From a virus, in IMG/VR virus record IMGVR_UViG_3300040751_002535: a stretch of DNA of 64,000 nucleotides. One strand, given 5' to 3'. Below, one piece after another: positions 1-10,699 of the stretch. Under the pieces are notes generated by a model. It had not been told where the DNA came from. It did no database searches and was given only the letters and a program-made list of their open reading frames with translations. How positions within the stretch are numbered: position 1 is the first letter of the stretch; each line of letters starts with the position of its first letter. The translations under genes and the position numbers were made by a program.

Positions 1-6
1 GGAACA

Positions 7-231
7 TTGGCAATGACAACAACTAACATTTATGTAGTACATACCTATAATAAAACTTCACAAGAATCAAACTATAGATATCACGGAGTATATAGCAGTA
101 AAGAACTTGCTGATGCCGCGGGCAAAGAATACTGCGAAACATGGGGCGAAGATTCACTATGTTATACAGTAAATATAAGTGCATTGGACGATATCATTAA
201 TGGTGTACACAGGAGCGAGCTTAGTGGTTGA
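7..231 (+). CDS. hypothetical protein
   Basis: 74 aa ORF, phage-like small protein (HGVYSSKELA). Confidence 0.6.
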   Translation: MAMTTTNIYVVHTYNKTSQESNYRYHGVYSSKELADAAGKEYCETWGEDSLCYTVNISALDDIINGVHRSELSG

Positions 232-256
232 CAAACTAGTTAAAATCTAGTATAGT
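228..256 (+). promoter_or_regulatory. sigma70-type promoter
   Basis: TTGACA-N17-TATAGT, ATG 6 nt after the -10 box. Confidence 0.8.
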
Positions 257-262
257 AGTTGT

Positions 263-436
263 ATGATTAGAACTTATATGATGTATGCAGGTCTTACTTT
301 TCTCGGCTACGAGTATGGCGAGACCGAAGAGGCAGTGGTTTTTAGGACGGTTGGCAAGTTTGGCCCTCCCCAAAACTGGAACGAAACCAAATATACAGCA
401 ACACTTATCAAGTTGCCCGAACTGGACCTAGTATGA
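263..436 (+). CDS. small hypothetical protein (57 aa, not in ORF track)
   Basis: MIRTYMMYAG...ELDLV; directly after promoter; ATGA overlap with uvsE start. Confidence 0.6.
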   Translation: MIRTYMMYAGLTFLGYEYGETEEAVVFRTVGKFGPPQNWNETKYTATLIKLPELDLV

Positions 437-1467
437 CAAAACGCATCGGCTTTGCCTGCAAGTATCTACATTACAATCAATCACAGCCTAAGAAGCTGTT
501 AGAAGAACTACAGCGACCTCTTACAGAGCGCAGCACCACAGTTGCTTGGCTAAATAGACAAACAACGGCAGTTGCAGAAGAACGCATGTGGGATATCATG
601 GTTCATAATGCTGCCGCAGCAAAAAGGTTAGTTGAATATGTGGGAAGCCTTCCTCCAGAGCTTAGAATGGTCCGACTGGGTAGTAATCAGCTTCCTTGTT
701 ATACCCAGCGTGACTGGAGTTATTTTTGGCAGCGTCCTGACGTTATTGCACATGGTGAGAGAGAATATGCAAAAGTCGGTGAAGCGGCAAGAGCCCTTGA
801 TGTGCGACTATCAATGCATCCAGGACAATTCTGTGTACTCGCAAGTGACAATGACGAAATCGTCGAAAGGAGCATAGAAGAATTTGAATATCACGCCACT
901 CTCATACGGTGGATGGGCTACGGAAAACGCTTCCAAGACTTCAAGTGCAACGTACACATCTCAGGCCGCAAAGGTCCAGCCGGTATCCGCGACACGCTTA
1001 AACGCCTCTCGCCAGAAGCAAGAAACACTATTACAATCGAAAACGACGAAAACAAATGGGGAATTGGAGACAGTCTTGAGCTTGCAAACGATCTCGCTCT
1101 GGTGCTAGACATCCACCATCACTGGTGTCGTGAAGGAGAATATATTCAACCCGATGATGACCGTATTAAACGTATTGTCGATAGCTGGCGTGGCGAGCGT
1201 CCTGCTATGCATTACAGTTGTAGCCGCGAGGATGTACTACAAGAATTTGATCCAGGTGTACGACCAGACATGGCAACACTGCTTGAAAGTGGATACAAAA
1301 AAGGAAAACTAAGAGCACACAGTGATTACATGTGGAATAATGCAGTCAATGAATGGGCATTGTCGCATTGGGAGTGGGCAGACATTATGGTCGAGGCTAA
1401 GATGAAAAACTTGGCAAGTGGACAACTTTATAGCATGACCGAAGAGTCCAAGCAAATGGCAGCATAA
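433..1467 (+). CDS. uvsE: UV DNA damage endonuclease
   Basis: RIGFAC, RLSMHPGQF, IENDE, LVLDIHHH, RAHSDY, DIMVEAKMK motifs. Confidence 0.92.
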   Translation: MTKRIGFACKYLHYNQSQPKKLLEELQRPLTERSTTVAWLNRQTTAVAEERMWDIMVHNAAAAKRLVEYVGSLPPELRMVRLGSNQLPCYTQRDWSYFWQRPDVIAHGEREYAKVGEAARALDVRLSMHPGQFCVLASDNDEIVERSIEEFEYHATLIRWMGYGKRFQDFKCNVHISGRKGPAGIRDTLKRLSPEARNTITIENDENKWGIGDSLELANDLALVLDIHHHWCREGEYIQPDDDRIKRIVDSWRGERPAMHYSCSREDVLQEFDPGVRPDMATLLESGYKKGKLRAHSDYMWNNAVNEWALSHWEWADIMVEAKMKNLASGQLYSMTEESKQMAA

Positions 1468-1470
1468 ATA
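1464..1470 (+). promoter_or_regulatory. T4-like late promoter (ATAAATA)
   Basis: motif recurs immediately upstream of structural/late genes across the window. Confidence 0.6.
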
Positions 1471-1474
1471 CAGC

Positions 1475-1783
1475 ATGGAGAACAACATGAGAAGCAACTT
1501 TATACAAACGATGTATGCACGTACACAAGCGCCTACACAGTCACAGGATAAAAATCCTAACAGAGTGCTGGGCGGACTCAAGGGCGCAGGCGTAAATAGT
1601 TTTACCATGCTTGGCGAAGATGGTATGGAAAAACAAATACCAACTCAAGCATATGTTTTTGCACTTGAAGAAAAGTTAAGTAGATTAGAACAACAACTAA
1701 AAGAACAAGACAAACGTATTAGGAGATTATCAAATGATCAAAAACTGGATAGAAACACGATTACGGGAGCGGTCAACCGTTGA
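1475..1783 (+). CDS. hypothetical protein with C-terminal coiled coil
   Basis: 102 aa ORF; LEEKLSRLEQQLKEQ heptads. Confidence 0.7.
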   Translation: MENNMRSNFIQTMYARTQAPTQSQDKNPNRVLGGLKGAGVNSFTMLGEDGMEKQIPTQAYVFALEEKLSRLEQQLKEQDKRIRRLSNDQKLDRNTITGAVNR

Positions 1784-1898
1784 CGGAGTGCTAATGGTAG
1801 CAGCAGGCGCAGCTATTATTATCTTTTCCCCATTAACTAAACTTATTGCTTATGGTGCTATTGCATACGGAGCATGGACTATTTGGCGCAAAGGTTAA
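1734..1898 (+). CDS. small membrane protein (54 aa, not in ORF track)
   Basis: AGGAG RBS; MIKNWIETRL...two hydrophobic segments...WRKG. Confidence 0.6.
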   Translation: MIKNWIETRLRERSTVDGVLMVAAGAAIIIFSPLTKLIAYGAIAYGAWTIWRKG

Positions 1899-2578
1899 AA
1901 GTTGCAGCCATTGGATGTAGTTTTACAAACTACATTTGGCCTACATATGCAGATGTACTTCAAGCAGACAAGTTTGGTCAAGCAGGTATTGGCAACGAGC
2001 GCATCTTCTACATATTATGTCACTTATACAAAACACAGCAGTTGTATCTTTATGATGCAATTATTATTCAATGGACTGGTCCTTTTAGATTTGATTACTT
2101 GAAAAAAGACGGATGGACACACAATGACGGCAATATTGCCCATAGTGTAGAAAATAGGTATATTTGGAAGAAAATTAAAGAGTGGTACAATGAAGATTTT
2201 GAAACTGAAAAAAGTGAAAATTATATTTTAGCAACAAAAGCAATTTGCGATAAGATAGGAATAAAACAATATCATATGTCCATGACTGATTTTATAGACT
2301 ATGTAGACCTACCTGAACTAAGTGATAATTTTAAAGGAAGGTATCAAATACAAAGTGCTAAATGGTCAAAAACACCATTTGAAGATGGGCATCCTGATAT
2401 TCCTTCTCATATTTCAATAGCAGAAAAAGCCGCAGAATATTTACAAACTAACATTAGTCCTATTATGACAAACAAGTGTAACGATTTTCACAAACAGATT
2501 TTAAAAGGAATGACGTTTGAAGATATAGATAATGATTACAAGCTATATTTTTCCAATAGGCATATTACTGCTTGCTGA
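1874..2578 (+). CDS. SGNH/GDSL-like hypothetical protein
   Basis: GCSFT block I, G.GN block II, DGHP block V. Confidence 0.6.
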   Translation: MDYLAQRLKVAAIGCSFTNYIWPTYADVLQADKFGQAGIGNERIFYILCHLYKTQQLYLYDAIIIQWTGPFRFDYLKKDGWTHNDGNIAHSVENRYIWKKIKEWYNEDFETEKSENYILATKAICDKIGIKQYHMSMTDFIDYVDLPELSDNFKGRYQIQSAKWSKTPFEDGHPDIPSHISIAEKAAEYLQTNISPIMTNKCNDFHKQILKGMTFEDIDNDYKLYFSNRHITAC

Positions 2579-2830
2579 CATTTTCCATACTTGCTTTGCA
2601 TTCACTCCACGCTGTTGTGCAAAACGTTTTGCATCGCAGTTTTCGCATACATGGAAATAGTTGTTGCTGAGTCTTTTTGGATCCATACTTCCTCGCTCTC
2701 TAGCAAACTCTTCGTTGCAGTTATCGCAACGTAGCAGTACCATTGTTTTTTTACGATTATACGTGTGTTGTTTGCCGAGTTTACTGCGGCGCATGTGCCA
2801 CGTATCAATTAAATATTCTTTTAGAAACAT
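2543..2830 (-). CDS. Zn-finger hypothetical protein
   Basis: CDNC and CENC pairs; likely start MFLKEY 5 nt after minus-strand TAAATA. Confidence 0.65.
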   Translation of the reverse strand: MFLKEYLIDTWHMRRSKLGKQHTYNRKKTMVLLRCDNCNEEFARERGSMDPKRLSNNYFHVCENCDAKRFAQQRGVNAKQVWKMSASSNMPIGKI

Positions 2831-2875
2831 AAGTATATTTACCACTGATTTACATTAAGATTATAAAATACAACG

Positions 2876-2882
2876 ATAAATA
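2876..2882 (+). promoter_or_regulatory. late promoter (ATAAATA)
   Basis: upstream of iscA and the structural block. Confidence 0.6.
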
Positions 2883-2897
2883 TTAGAAAGGAACACT

Positions 2898-3260
2898 ATG
2901 AGCATACTAACATTAACTCCAGCAGCAGAGAAACAAATCGATCTTCTAAGTGAAGAAAACAACTGCTACGGCATTACACTAAACATCAAGGGTGGTGGAT
3001 GTGCTGGATTTGAATACGAATGGGGTACAGTAGCTACTCCAGCAGACTTAGCAGCAGATGACGAAGTTGTAAAAACAACAAATGGATGTGCGTTTGTAGT
3101 AGGCGCTCACAGTTTAATGTTTCTAATAGGAACCGAAGTGGATTATGTAAAAAGTTTAGTTGGTGCTAACTTTGAAATAAACAATCCAAATGCACAGAGT
3201 TCATGCGGATGTGGCGTAAGCGTCAACTTCGATATGGATAATTTAGTACCACAGTTTTAA
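2898..3260 (+). CDS. iscA: A-type Fe-S cluster carrier (IscA/HesB family)
   Basis: GGGCAGFEY and NPNAQSSCGCGVS motifs. Confidence 0.9.
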   Translation: MSILTLTPAAEKQIDLLSEENNCYGITLNIKGGGCAGFEYEWGTVATPADLAADDEVVKTTNGCAFVVGAHSLMFLIGTEVDYVKSLVGANFEINNPNAQSSCGCGVSVNFDMDNLVPQF

Positions 3261-3271
3261 AGGATAAAGAA

Positions 3272-6200
3272 ATGGCAAGACAAGAAGTTGATATTGGTAT
3301 CGAGGGTAATGACGGCACAGGCGATAGCATCCGTGAAAGTTTCAAAAAAGTAAATACAAACTTTACTGAACTATATGCTGTATTTGGGCTTGGCGGTGCA
3401 ATATCATTTAAAAATATCGACGATGTTCCTGATTCATATTTAGGAAACACAGGTGCTATCACAGCAGTTAACAGTACAGAAACTGGGTTAAACTTTTATA
3501 AGTTTGTTAGTGATACTGGCAATAACGGCTCGGATAAAGCAGTTAATACTATTAATAATAGTGTCGTTGTTGAGTTTGATGATGTAGATCCTGCTACGCC
3601 TAATCAAAGCGGCACAGTCAAGATTATCATCAATGATCCACATATTGAACGTGATCCTGATCCGGTATTAAATGCTCCCTTAAACGCTCAAGCAGTAACA
3701 GCATATAGTAATGCTATTAATACAACACTAAGAAATACCGGAGCAGGTGATGATATTAATACACTTGTTACCAACTGGGCAACTACACATCCTGGATCAG
3801 CAGCTATTTCTACTGACAATGTTATCATCAGTAAGGGTTATGCAGATGATAACTATGTAAATGTAGCAGGCGATACCATGACTGGTGCTTTGAATGTTCC
3901 AGCAAGTGCTACTGGTACACAAGTTCCACAAACACAAGAAGTTATTACACGAGCAGGTAGCGAAACCAACAGACGTATGTTAGACACACTTTACCTAGCG
4001 GATCACCCAAATCCTCTCGAAGGGTTCGGCGCTCCAAATGGTAAAGATGATTTACAAGCTGTTACAAAACTTTATGTTGATACACAGGGCTATGCTAGTG
4101 CAACAAACATTTATGTTTCAACATCTGGCGATGATTCACAAAAAGCAGCTCCAGCTGGCCAAGAAGGTAGGTCGCCACAGTATGCTTACAAATCTGTTAA
4201 TGCTGCTATGATTAAAGCAGAATCGATTATTGAAGCTACTCCATACGAACCTGGTCCTTATGTACAGCAAGTAACATACGACAATGGCGCTGTTAATAGT
4301 ATTATTGATAGTATTACAGGATATACCAGTCCAGCAACCGCAGTAGCAGCTAGTAACTTAGCTGTGTCTAATACAAACTCTATACAAGAATTTGTACAAG
4401 ATTACATTGAAGTTAACTTTGCAGACTTAACATACGATATACAACTTTGTAAACGTGATGTACAACTAATGATCGATTCTGTAAGACTTGATGTTAATGC
4501 AGGATTAACAGTAAACTATCTATCACGTTGGGCAGGCCTAAGATACAATGCAAACCCAAGTGCAATTAAAGCACAAGTAGATCAAGGAGCAGCTACACGA
4601 GCATCAATTGCTGTGGTTAGAGCACAGTTGGTTAGTGCATTTAATGACGCTAATACAGCAGCACCGGGCACAATCTCAGCAAGTGTTATTACAGCCTACA
4701 CTGATCGTTTTAATGAAATCATTGACATTTTGTCAGGAACAGATGTTGCCCTTGCAGCTACAGGCGCAGGATATACATTTGCATTTACTAATGGTACAAA
4801 CGCAGCAGTTGATCAAGGTGGTGAAGGCAATCCTGATCTTATTGAAGGTAAAATCATTGTAGGGAAACTATCAGGTGCAAAAGGTATTATTACTGATTAC
4901 ACTCGTAGCGCAAGTGTTACTACTGATAGTATAGTAGTTGACCTAGTTGAACCTATTGAGTTTATTGCAGGTGAAGAACTAGAATTTGGTAATATTACTA
5001 GAAACAACCAAATCACAGTAAGAATTGAAAGTGGTATTTATTACGAACACCTTCCTATTAAGTTACCTGAAAACGTAAGTATCAAAGGCGATGAGTTTAG
5101 ACGAGTTGTTCTACGTCCAAAGCCTGGTGTTTCGCAGAGTAAATGGAATCATACATATTTCTATAGAGATATTGTAACTGATGGACTTATATCAGCATAT
5201 TCACCAGCTGCAACACTAACAAATGTGTCTGCTGATGATCCGGCACGTACACTAGGAACATATCAGATAGGTGTAGATGATTGGGGATCTAATGGTGCCG
5301 GCGTAAAAGCTACATTCCAGGTTATTGTTTTATCAGGTGGAGCCTGTACTGTAACCATTACAAGTGGCGGCGATGGATTTATTGTTGGCGAAACAATAAC
5401 TATTAACGACAGTAAAATTGGTGCTGGTGGCGGAGCAGACTTAACGTTTGATATTGCAACTACAGGCGGCGGCTATCACTTTACACACCCAGTTAGTGGC
5501 AAGCAAGGAAAATATGGATATCATTATGTTTCTGATCCTAGTAAAATAGCAGATGTAGGCACCGATGCTACATCCAATCCTGGAAACTTTAAAGAAGCTG
5601 CAAGATTGATTGAACTCAACAAAGCCTATTTGGTAGAAGAAACAATCGAATATGTTAATGCAACATATCCTTCCTTGGTTTACAACGAAACCAAATGTCG
5701 TAGAGATACTGGATTGATTGTTGACGGTATTGTTAAAGATTTACGTGTAGGTGGAAGAGAAAACACTCTTACAAATCAAGGCGCATACTATGCAGGTGCC
5801 GTTGCAGGACAAGAAACAGAAACTGCCGCAGCAATAACAAATCTAAAAGCTATTATCACAAACGTACTAGCCAACGATTCAGGCAATGGTTATGCAGGAA
5901 CAGGAAGTGTTGCTCAGATATTTGATGAAGATTATACAGCAGAAACCGAATCAAATACACAATCTACTGCGTTGGTCGATTGTGTTGCATATTTTAATAA
6001 TGTAAACTATAATCCTCCATTAAACAACAGTGAAATGGATGTTCTACTGTGTAATGATGGTACTATTGTAAGAAACATTACTGTACAAAGACAAGGCGGA
6101 TTTATGATGGTGCTTGACCCAGAAGGTCAAATATTAACACGTTCGCCTTATTGTCAAACAGGATCAAGTTTTGCACAATCAAAAGGAACAAACAGAAACT

Positions 6201-9200
6201 TTGCAGGCGGATTGTTTGTTGACGGATATGCAGGTAATATGCCTGCAACTATTGACACAGTAAATAGTGCATTTAGTATTAGTGTAAGTTCACCGACTGA
6301 TCAAGGTTTATTTGTAAGAAGACCTCCTACACCGTTTCCGTTCTTTATCAACGGTGCAAGATATCAAGTTAACACAATATCTGCATACGATAAAGCTGCC
6401 GGAACTGCTACATTTATTTTAGATGAAACCAGTAATCCAAGCGAAAGTACATCACGCAACATAGATAATATTACACAGGCAGCAACCGCTGTGCTGCGCA
6501 CAACTACTGCACATCCATACTCAGATGCAGATCGTATTACAATCAGTAATGTAAATGGTATGGTTGAAATAAACAGTGCTACGTTGTATGTTAAAACCAC
6601 AATCAATCCAAATGAAGTCGAACTATATACCGATGCAGCTCTAACAGCAGGTTATAATACTAGTGCATTTAGTGCATACACAGGCAGCGGCCTTGCTCAA
6701 ACGTTTGTAGTTGGTCGAGGGTATACTGGCAGCACTGGTGTTGACATATTTGTACAAAGTGGTGGTAACAGAAGTATGTTAGCAAACGACTTTACACAAA
6801 TCAACGATTTAGGGTTTGGTGCATTATGTGTTAACAACGCACTAGCAGAACTTGTTAGTATGTTTACATACTATTGTCATACTGGATATCTTGCACTAGA
6901 CGGATCTCAAATACGTAGTCTTGGAGGCAACAACAGTTATGGTATTTACGGACTGGTTTCGGCAGGCGCAGATCCAGATGAAGTTGCTACAGATGTTACA
7001 CTAGGTGCTAATATGGTATTTCCTGGAAAAACATTTAGAGCAGATGGCATATTAGATTTTTCAGCTGCGGCACCGTCTACAGGAAATATTAGTGCAGGAC
7101 AAACACTAACACAAGGCTTGATCAATGCTACTATTACCGCTGTTACACAAGCAAGTCCAGCATCAGTTACTGCAACTGGACATGGGCTAACCAATGCCGA
7201 TCTAGTTACAATATCTGGAGTTGTTGGTATGACAGAACTAAATGGCTTGCAGTTTTATGTAAGTGTAACAAATGTTAACGAATTTACATTGTACACTGAC
7301 GCTGGATTAAGTTCTGCATATGATTCTTCAACCAACACTGCATACACTAGTGGAGGTGTTGCAACTAGAGCAGCTAATGCGACAGGTATACTAAGTTTCA
7401 CAGGTGAAGAAGATGGTAGTGGAGATCCTACTAGATTGTATGTACATACCACAACAGGAACATTCAACACAACTGCAACTATTACTTCACCTACAAGTAC
7501 AAATGTTGGTATTCCGGCAACAGTTACAACACTAGACAATGATGCACCAGAAGATTCGTTGTTTATGTATGTTTATGATTTAAAAGAATATCCTCATAAC
7601 GTAAGTGAAGTTGAAATACTACACAATACTGGATTGTATCAACCATATGAAATAACAAACGCAAGTGATGCTAACTTTACATTAAGTAGTTACGATATTG
7701 ACACTAGTAGTGCAGTCGGACTTACAGGTACATACACTGCCGATACAGCTATTTTTAAAGTCAAGAAAACACGAGCTGACAACTACAGTGTTGATATTAC
7801 AGGAGGCGGCAGTGGAGCAGGTGCAGCCGGCGAGACAATCATTATTCCAGGTACACTGCTTGGCGGTGCTACACCTGCTAACGATGCTACTATTACAACA
7901 ACAGATGTAGACGGTGGAGTAATAACGGCTGCTAGTATTGCAGGTACTCCGAGATTTGATGATAGTACTCCTGTGCGTGATGGTAAAGTATGGAAGTTAA
8001 ACTTTGGTACTGGACTCGAAGGAACAGCATCAAATGGTTTACAAGAAAATACTGATCACGATACCAAACTTGTAATACGTCACAAGCAAAACTTCTTACT
8101 CGATGACTTTGGTACAGAAGAACTACCAACTCGTCCAAGTACAGCATTTACTTTCACGCAAGATACTACAGAGTATGTGTATCGTACTATTCTATTCGGC
8201 AATCAAATCACAGATGGAGTAACTACAGCGGCTAGCCAGCGTATGGTAACATTTGATAGTAACTTTAGATACACTGATTTAAGCGTTAATCAAAGTATAA
8301 TAACCGCTACTGAAAGTTTCTTTAGTGCTAACAGTACTGTAGATTCAAACTATACTGATATTGTAGCTGCTGCCACACCAAGTGCAACTATTACAATGGG
8401 TGCTACTGCTGCAACTACAAGCACAGACGGGAGTAGATTTATTGCAATCGGGCAACTAGATGCTACTGAAAGAACACGTTTAGCAAATGCTGATATGATT
8501 GTTACATGGGGCGGCAAAACCTATCAGATAGATGACTATGCAGAATACTCATACACAGGTGGCAGCGGTACTGTTGCAATGGCTGTAATACAGATTTCTG
8601 ATGTTGCTAATACAGATATTCACTGGCCTGCATTGAATCCTGGACTTGCTAAGACATTGGTCAACAGTGGTGGTATAACACTAAAAGCTGGATTATCATC
8701 TGGAGAAGCAGCAGAGATTACTGTTAACATTAGTACCAACAGAGCAACAGGACACGATATGCTTGACATTGGTACAGGTGGATTTAACACCAGTAACTAT
8801 CCAGAACGTATTTACGGTTCACCATTTGGATTTGCTCCTGTTTCATCCGGCGATGCAATCGACAGTACTGGTAATGCAAGTGCAGCACAAGTACAAGAAC
8901 GCAACAAAGGTCGTGTTTTTGCTACACTTACTGACCAAGATGGTTTCTTCCGTGTAGGTAGATTCTTTACAGTCGACCAAGGTACTGGTAGTGTTACATT
9001 CAATGCTGCACTTGTTCTTACAAACATTGATGGTATTGGATTTAAGCGTGGTGTGCGTGTTAACGAGTTTAGCAACGACGATACGTTTACTGATGCCAAA
9101 GGCGATGCAGTACCAACACAGACTGCAACAGAAGGTTACATAGATCAGCGTTTAGGATTTGATAGAGATGGCGCTACAGGCGGTACAGTTATCGGTCCAG

Positions 9201-10363
9201 GCGTAATGAGTTTAGGTGGTCCAGGGTTTAGTCAAACTATTATGAACAGTGACATGAACTTGGGTAGTAATCGTATTACTAACTTAGGAACACCAACTGC
9301 TTCAAGTGATGCTACAACAAAACAATATGTTGATCAAAAAACAGATCAACTAAATGATATCGGCGATGTAACTATTACAGGAACAGGCGCTCCTATCACT
9401 AGCAACATTTTAGCATTTGTAGGAACTAATCAACAAAGTGTAAATGTTGAAGTAACTGGCGATATTGGACTTACATATACAAGTGGTAATAGTATTACAG
9501 CAAATATCAATACTGGTGTTATTGTTAACAATGATATTAATGCTAGTGCTGCAATAGATCAAAGCAAACTTAATATGAATGCTGCGACTACAAGAGTAAA
9601 TGCAGTTGGTATTACACAAGCAGACTTAGGGTTGGCGAGTTTCCATAGTACACAGTTTACATCAACCAATGGCTGGATAGAGCTTGAAGACTTGGGTGTT
9701 GTAAATGCTAAACTAGCAAATGATGATGTAACTATTGGTGGCACTAGTATTGCACTTGGTGCAACAAGTACAAGTATTACAGGCTTAACAGGTCTTACAT
9801 TTGATAGTGGTACTATTAGTGGTACCGTTGGTATAAACATCACAGGTAGCATTACACATACAGGTAATATTGTAGGTCCAGCAAACAGCGGCGCAGACAA
9901 TGGTGTGAGTATTGGTAGTAGTACAAATAGATACAACACTGTATGGGCAACAACATTTAATGGTGAAGCAACCGCAGCACTATATGCCGACCTTGCAGAG
10001 AACTATTTAGGTGATGCAGCATATGAACCAGGAACAGTACTTGTATTTGGCGGTGATGAAGAAGTTACTGCATGTACTGCTAAAGGACAAACTAGTGCAG
10101 CAGGTGTTGTTACAACCAATCCAGCACACTTAATGAATAGTGCATTGCAAGGCGAACATGTAGTAGGTGTAGCACTACAAGGGAGAGTCCCTTGTAAAGT
10201 TATTGGTAAGGTTGCCAAAGGTGACATGCTTGTTACAAGTGCTGTACCAGGTTATGCTATTGTCAACAACACACCAAATGTCGGACAAGTTATTGGTAAG
10301 GCAGTTGGAACAAAGGACGACAGCGAACGTGGTGTTGTTGAAGTAGTAGTAGGGAGAGTATAA
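3272..10363 (+). CDS. giant baseplate/tail fibre protein
   Basis: T4 gp9/gp10-like N-terminus (GNDGTGDSIRESFKKVNTNFTELY); two FCCH-like repeats; DAxTKxYVD fibre motifs; C-terminal YADLAENY...ALQGRVPCKV domain. Confidence 0.8.
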   Translation: MARQEVDIGIEGNDGTGDSIRESFKKVNTNFTELYAVFGLGGAISFKNIDDVPDSYLGNTGAITAVNSTETGLNFYKFVSDTGNNGSDKAVNTINNSVVVEFDDVDPATPNQSGTVKIIINDPHIERDPDPVLNAPLNAQAVTAYSNAINTTLRNTGAGDDINTLVTNWATTHPGSAAISTDNVIISKGYADDNYVNVAGDTMTGALNVPASATGTQVPQTQEVITRAGSETNRRMLDTLYLADHPNPLEGFGAPNGKDDLQAVTKLYVDTQGYASATNIYVSTSGDDSQKAAPAGQEGRSPQYAYKSVNAAMIKAESIIEATPYEPGPYVQQVTYDNGAVNSIIDSITGYTSPATAVAASNLAVSNTNSIQEFVQDYIEVNFADLTYDIQLCKRDVQLMIDSVRLDVNAGLTVNYLSRWAGLRYNANPSAIKAQVDQGAATRASIAVVRAQLVSAFNDANTAAPGTISASVITAYTDRFNEIIDILSGTDVALAATGAGYTFAFTNGTNAAVDQGGEGNPDLIEGKIIVGKLSGAKGIITDYTRSASVTTDSIVVDLVEPIEFIAGEELEFGNITRNNQITVRIESGIYYEHLPIKLPENVSIKGDEFRRVVLRPKPGVSQSKWNHTYFYRDIVTDGLISAYSPAATLTNVSADDPARTLGTYQIGVDDWGSNGAGVKATFQVIVLSGGACTVTITSGGDGFIVGETITINDSKIGAGGGADLTFDIATTGGGYHFTHPVSGKQGKYGYHYVSDPSKIADVGTDATSNPGNFKEAARLIELNKAYLVEETIEYVNATYPSLVYNETKCRRDTGLIVDGIVKDLRVGGRENTLTNQGAYYAGAVAGQETETAAAITNLKAIITNVLANDSGNGYAGTGSVAQIFDEDYTAETESNTQSTALVDCVAYFNNVNYNPPLNNSEMDVLLCNDGTIVRNITVQRQGGFMMVLDPEGQILTRSPYCQTGSSFAQSKGTNRNFAGGLFVDGYAGNMPATIDTVNSAFSISVSSPTDQGLFVRRPPTPFPFFINGARYQVNTISAYDKAAGTATFILDETSNPSESTSRNIDNITQAATAVLRTTTAHPYSDADRITISNVNGMVEINSATLYVKTTINPNEVELYTDAALTAGYNTSAFSAYTGSGLAQTFVVGRGYTGSTGVDIFVQSGGNRSMLANDFTQINDLGFGALCVNNALAELVSMFTYYCHTGYLALDGSQIRSLGGNNSYGIYGLVSAGADPDEVATDVTLGANMVFPGKTFRADGILDFSAAAPSTGNISAGQTLTQGLINATITAVTQASPASVTATGHGLTNADLVTISGVVGMTELNGLQFYVSVTNVNEFTLYTDAGLSSAYDSSTNTAYTSGGVATRAANATGILSFTGEEDGSGDPTRLYVHTTTGTFNTTATITSPTSTNVGIPATVTTLDNDAPEDSLFMYVYDLKEYPHNVSEVEILHNTGLYQPYEITNASDANFTLSSYDIDTSSAVGLTGTYTADTAIFKVKKTRADNYSVDITGGGSGAGAAGETIIIPGTLLGGATPANDATITTTDVDGGVITAASIAGTPRFDDSTPVRDGKVWKLNFGTGLEGTASNGLQENTDHDTKLVIRHKQNFLLDDFGTEELPTRPSTAFTFTQDTTEYVYRTILFGNQITDGVTTAASQRMVTFDSNFRYTDLSVNQSIITATESFFSANSTVDSNYTDIVAAATPSATITMGATAATTSTDGSRFIAIGQLDATERTRLANADMIVTWGGKTYQIDDYAEYSYTGGSGTVAMAVIQISDVANTDIHWPALNPGLAKTLVNSGGITLKAGLSSGEAAEITVNISTNRATGHDMLDIGTGGFNTSNYPERIYGSPFGFAPVSSGDAIDSTGNASAAQVQERNKGRVFATLTDQDGFFRVGRFFTVDQGTGSVTFNAALVLTNIDGIGFKRGVRVNEFSNDDTFTDAKGDAVPTQTATEGYIDQRLGFDRDGATGGTVIGPGVMSLGGPGFSQTIMNSDMNLGSNRITNLGTPTASSDATTKQYVDQKTDQLNDIGDVTITGTGAPITSNILAFVGTNQQSVNVEVTGDIGLTYTSGNSITANINTGVIVNNDINASAAIDQSKLNMNAATTRVNAVGITQADLGLASFHSTQFTSTNGWIELEDLGVVNAKLANDDVTIGGTSIALGATSTSITGLTGLTFDSGTISGTVGINITGSITHTGNIVGPANSGADNGVSIGSSTNRYNTVWATTFNGEATAALYADLAENYLGDAAYEPGTVLVFGGDEEVTACTAKGQTSAAGVVTTNPAHLMNSALQGEHVVGVALQGRVPCKVIGKVAKGDMLVTSAVPGYAIVNNTPNVGQVIGKAVGTKDDSERGVVEVVVGRV

Positions 10364-10662
10364 TGGCACAACAAACAATAAATGTAGGCACTGGAGCAAA
10401 TACAGGAGGGGGAGATCCCCTCCGCAATGCAATGATAAAAATCAATGAAAACTTTACAGAGTTATATGCAGATATAGCAGCACTAGAAGATGGTGACATT
10501 ACTACGGATATCAAAGGCAGTGTGTTTGCTGATGATAGTACATTATTAGTAGATGCTGTAAATGGTGTTATTCCGGGTTATGTAAGTTTAGCAACATTGC
10601 AATCTGAAGTAGCAGCAAGCGCAGACTTTGCTGACTTTCAAGCAAGAATAGCAGCATTGTAA
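10363..10662 (+). CDS. short baseplate-type protein (gp9/gp10-like N-terminus)
   Basis: INVGTGANTGGGDPLRNAMIKINENFTELY. Confidence 0.7.
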   Translation: MAQQTINVGTGANTGGGDPLRNAMIKINENFTELYADIAALEDGDITTDIKGSVFADDSTLLVDAVNGVIPGYVSLATLQSEVAASADFADFQARIAAL

Positions 10663-10669
10663 ATATACG

Positions 10670-10676
10670 ATAAATA
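10670..10676 (+). promoter_or_regulatory. late promoter (ATAAATA; second GTAAATA at 10659)
   Basis: intergenic motif before a structural gene. Confidence 0.6.
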
Positions 10677-10699
10677 TAAAAAAGAACAGGATTTAGAGA

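Noticed and set aside
10405-10423. GGAGGGG-GAGAT-CCCCTCC hairpin
   Set aside because: It lies inside a coding motif (GGGDPL) with no U-tract, so it is probably incidental.
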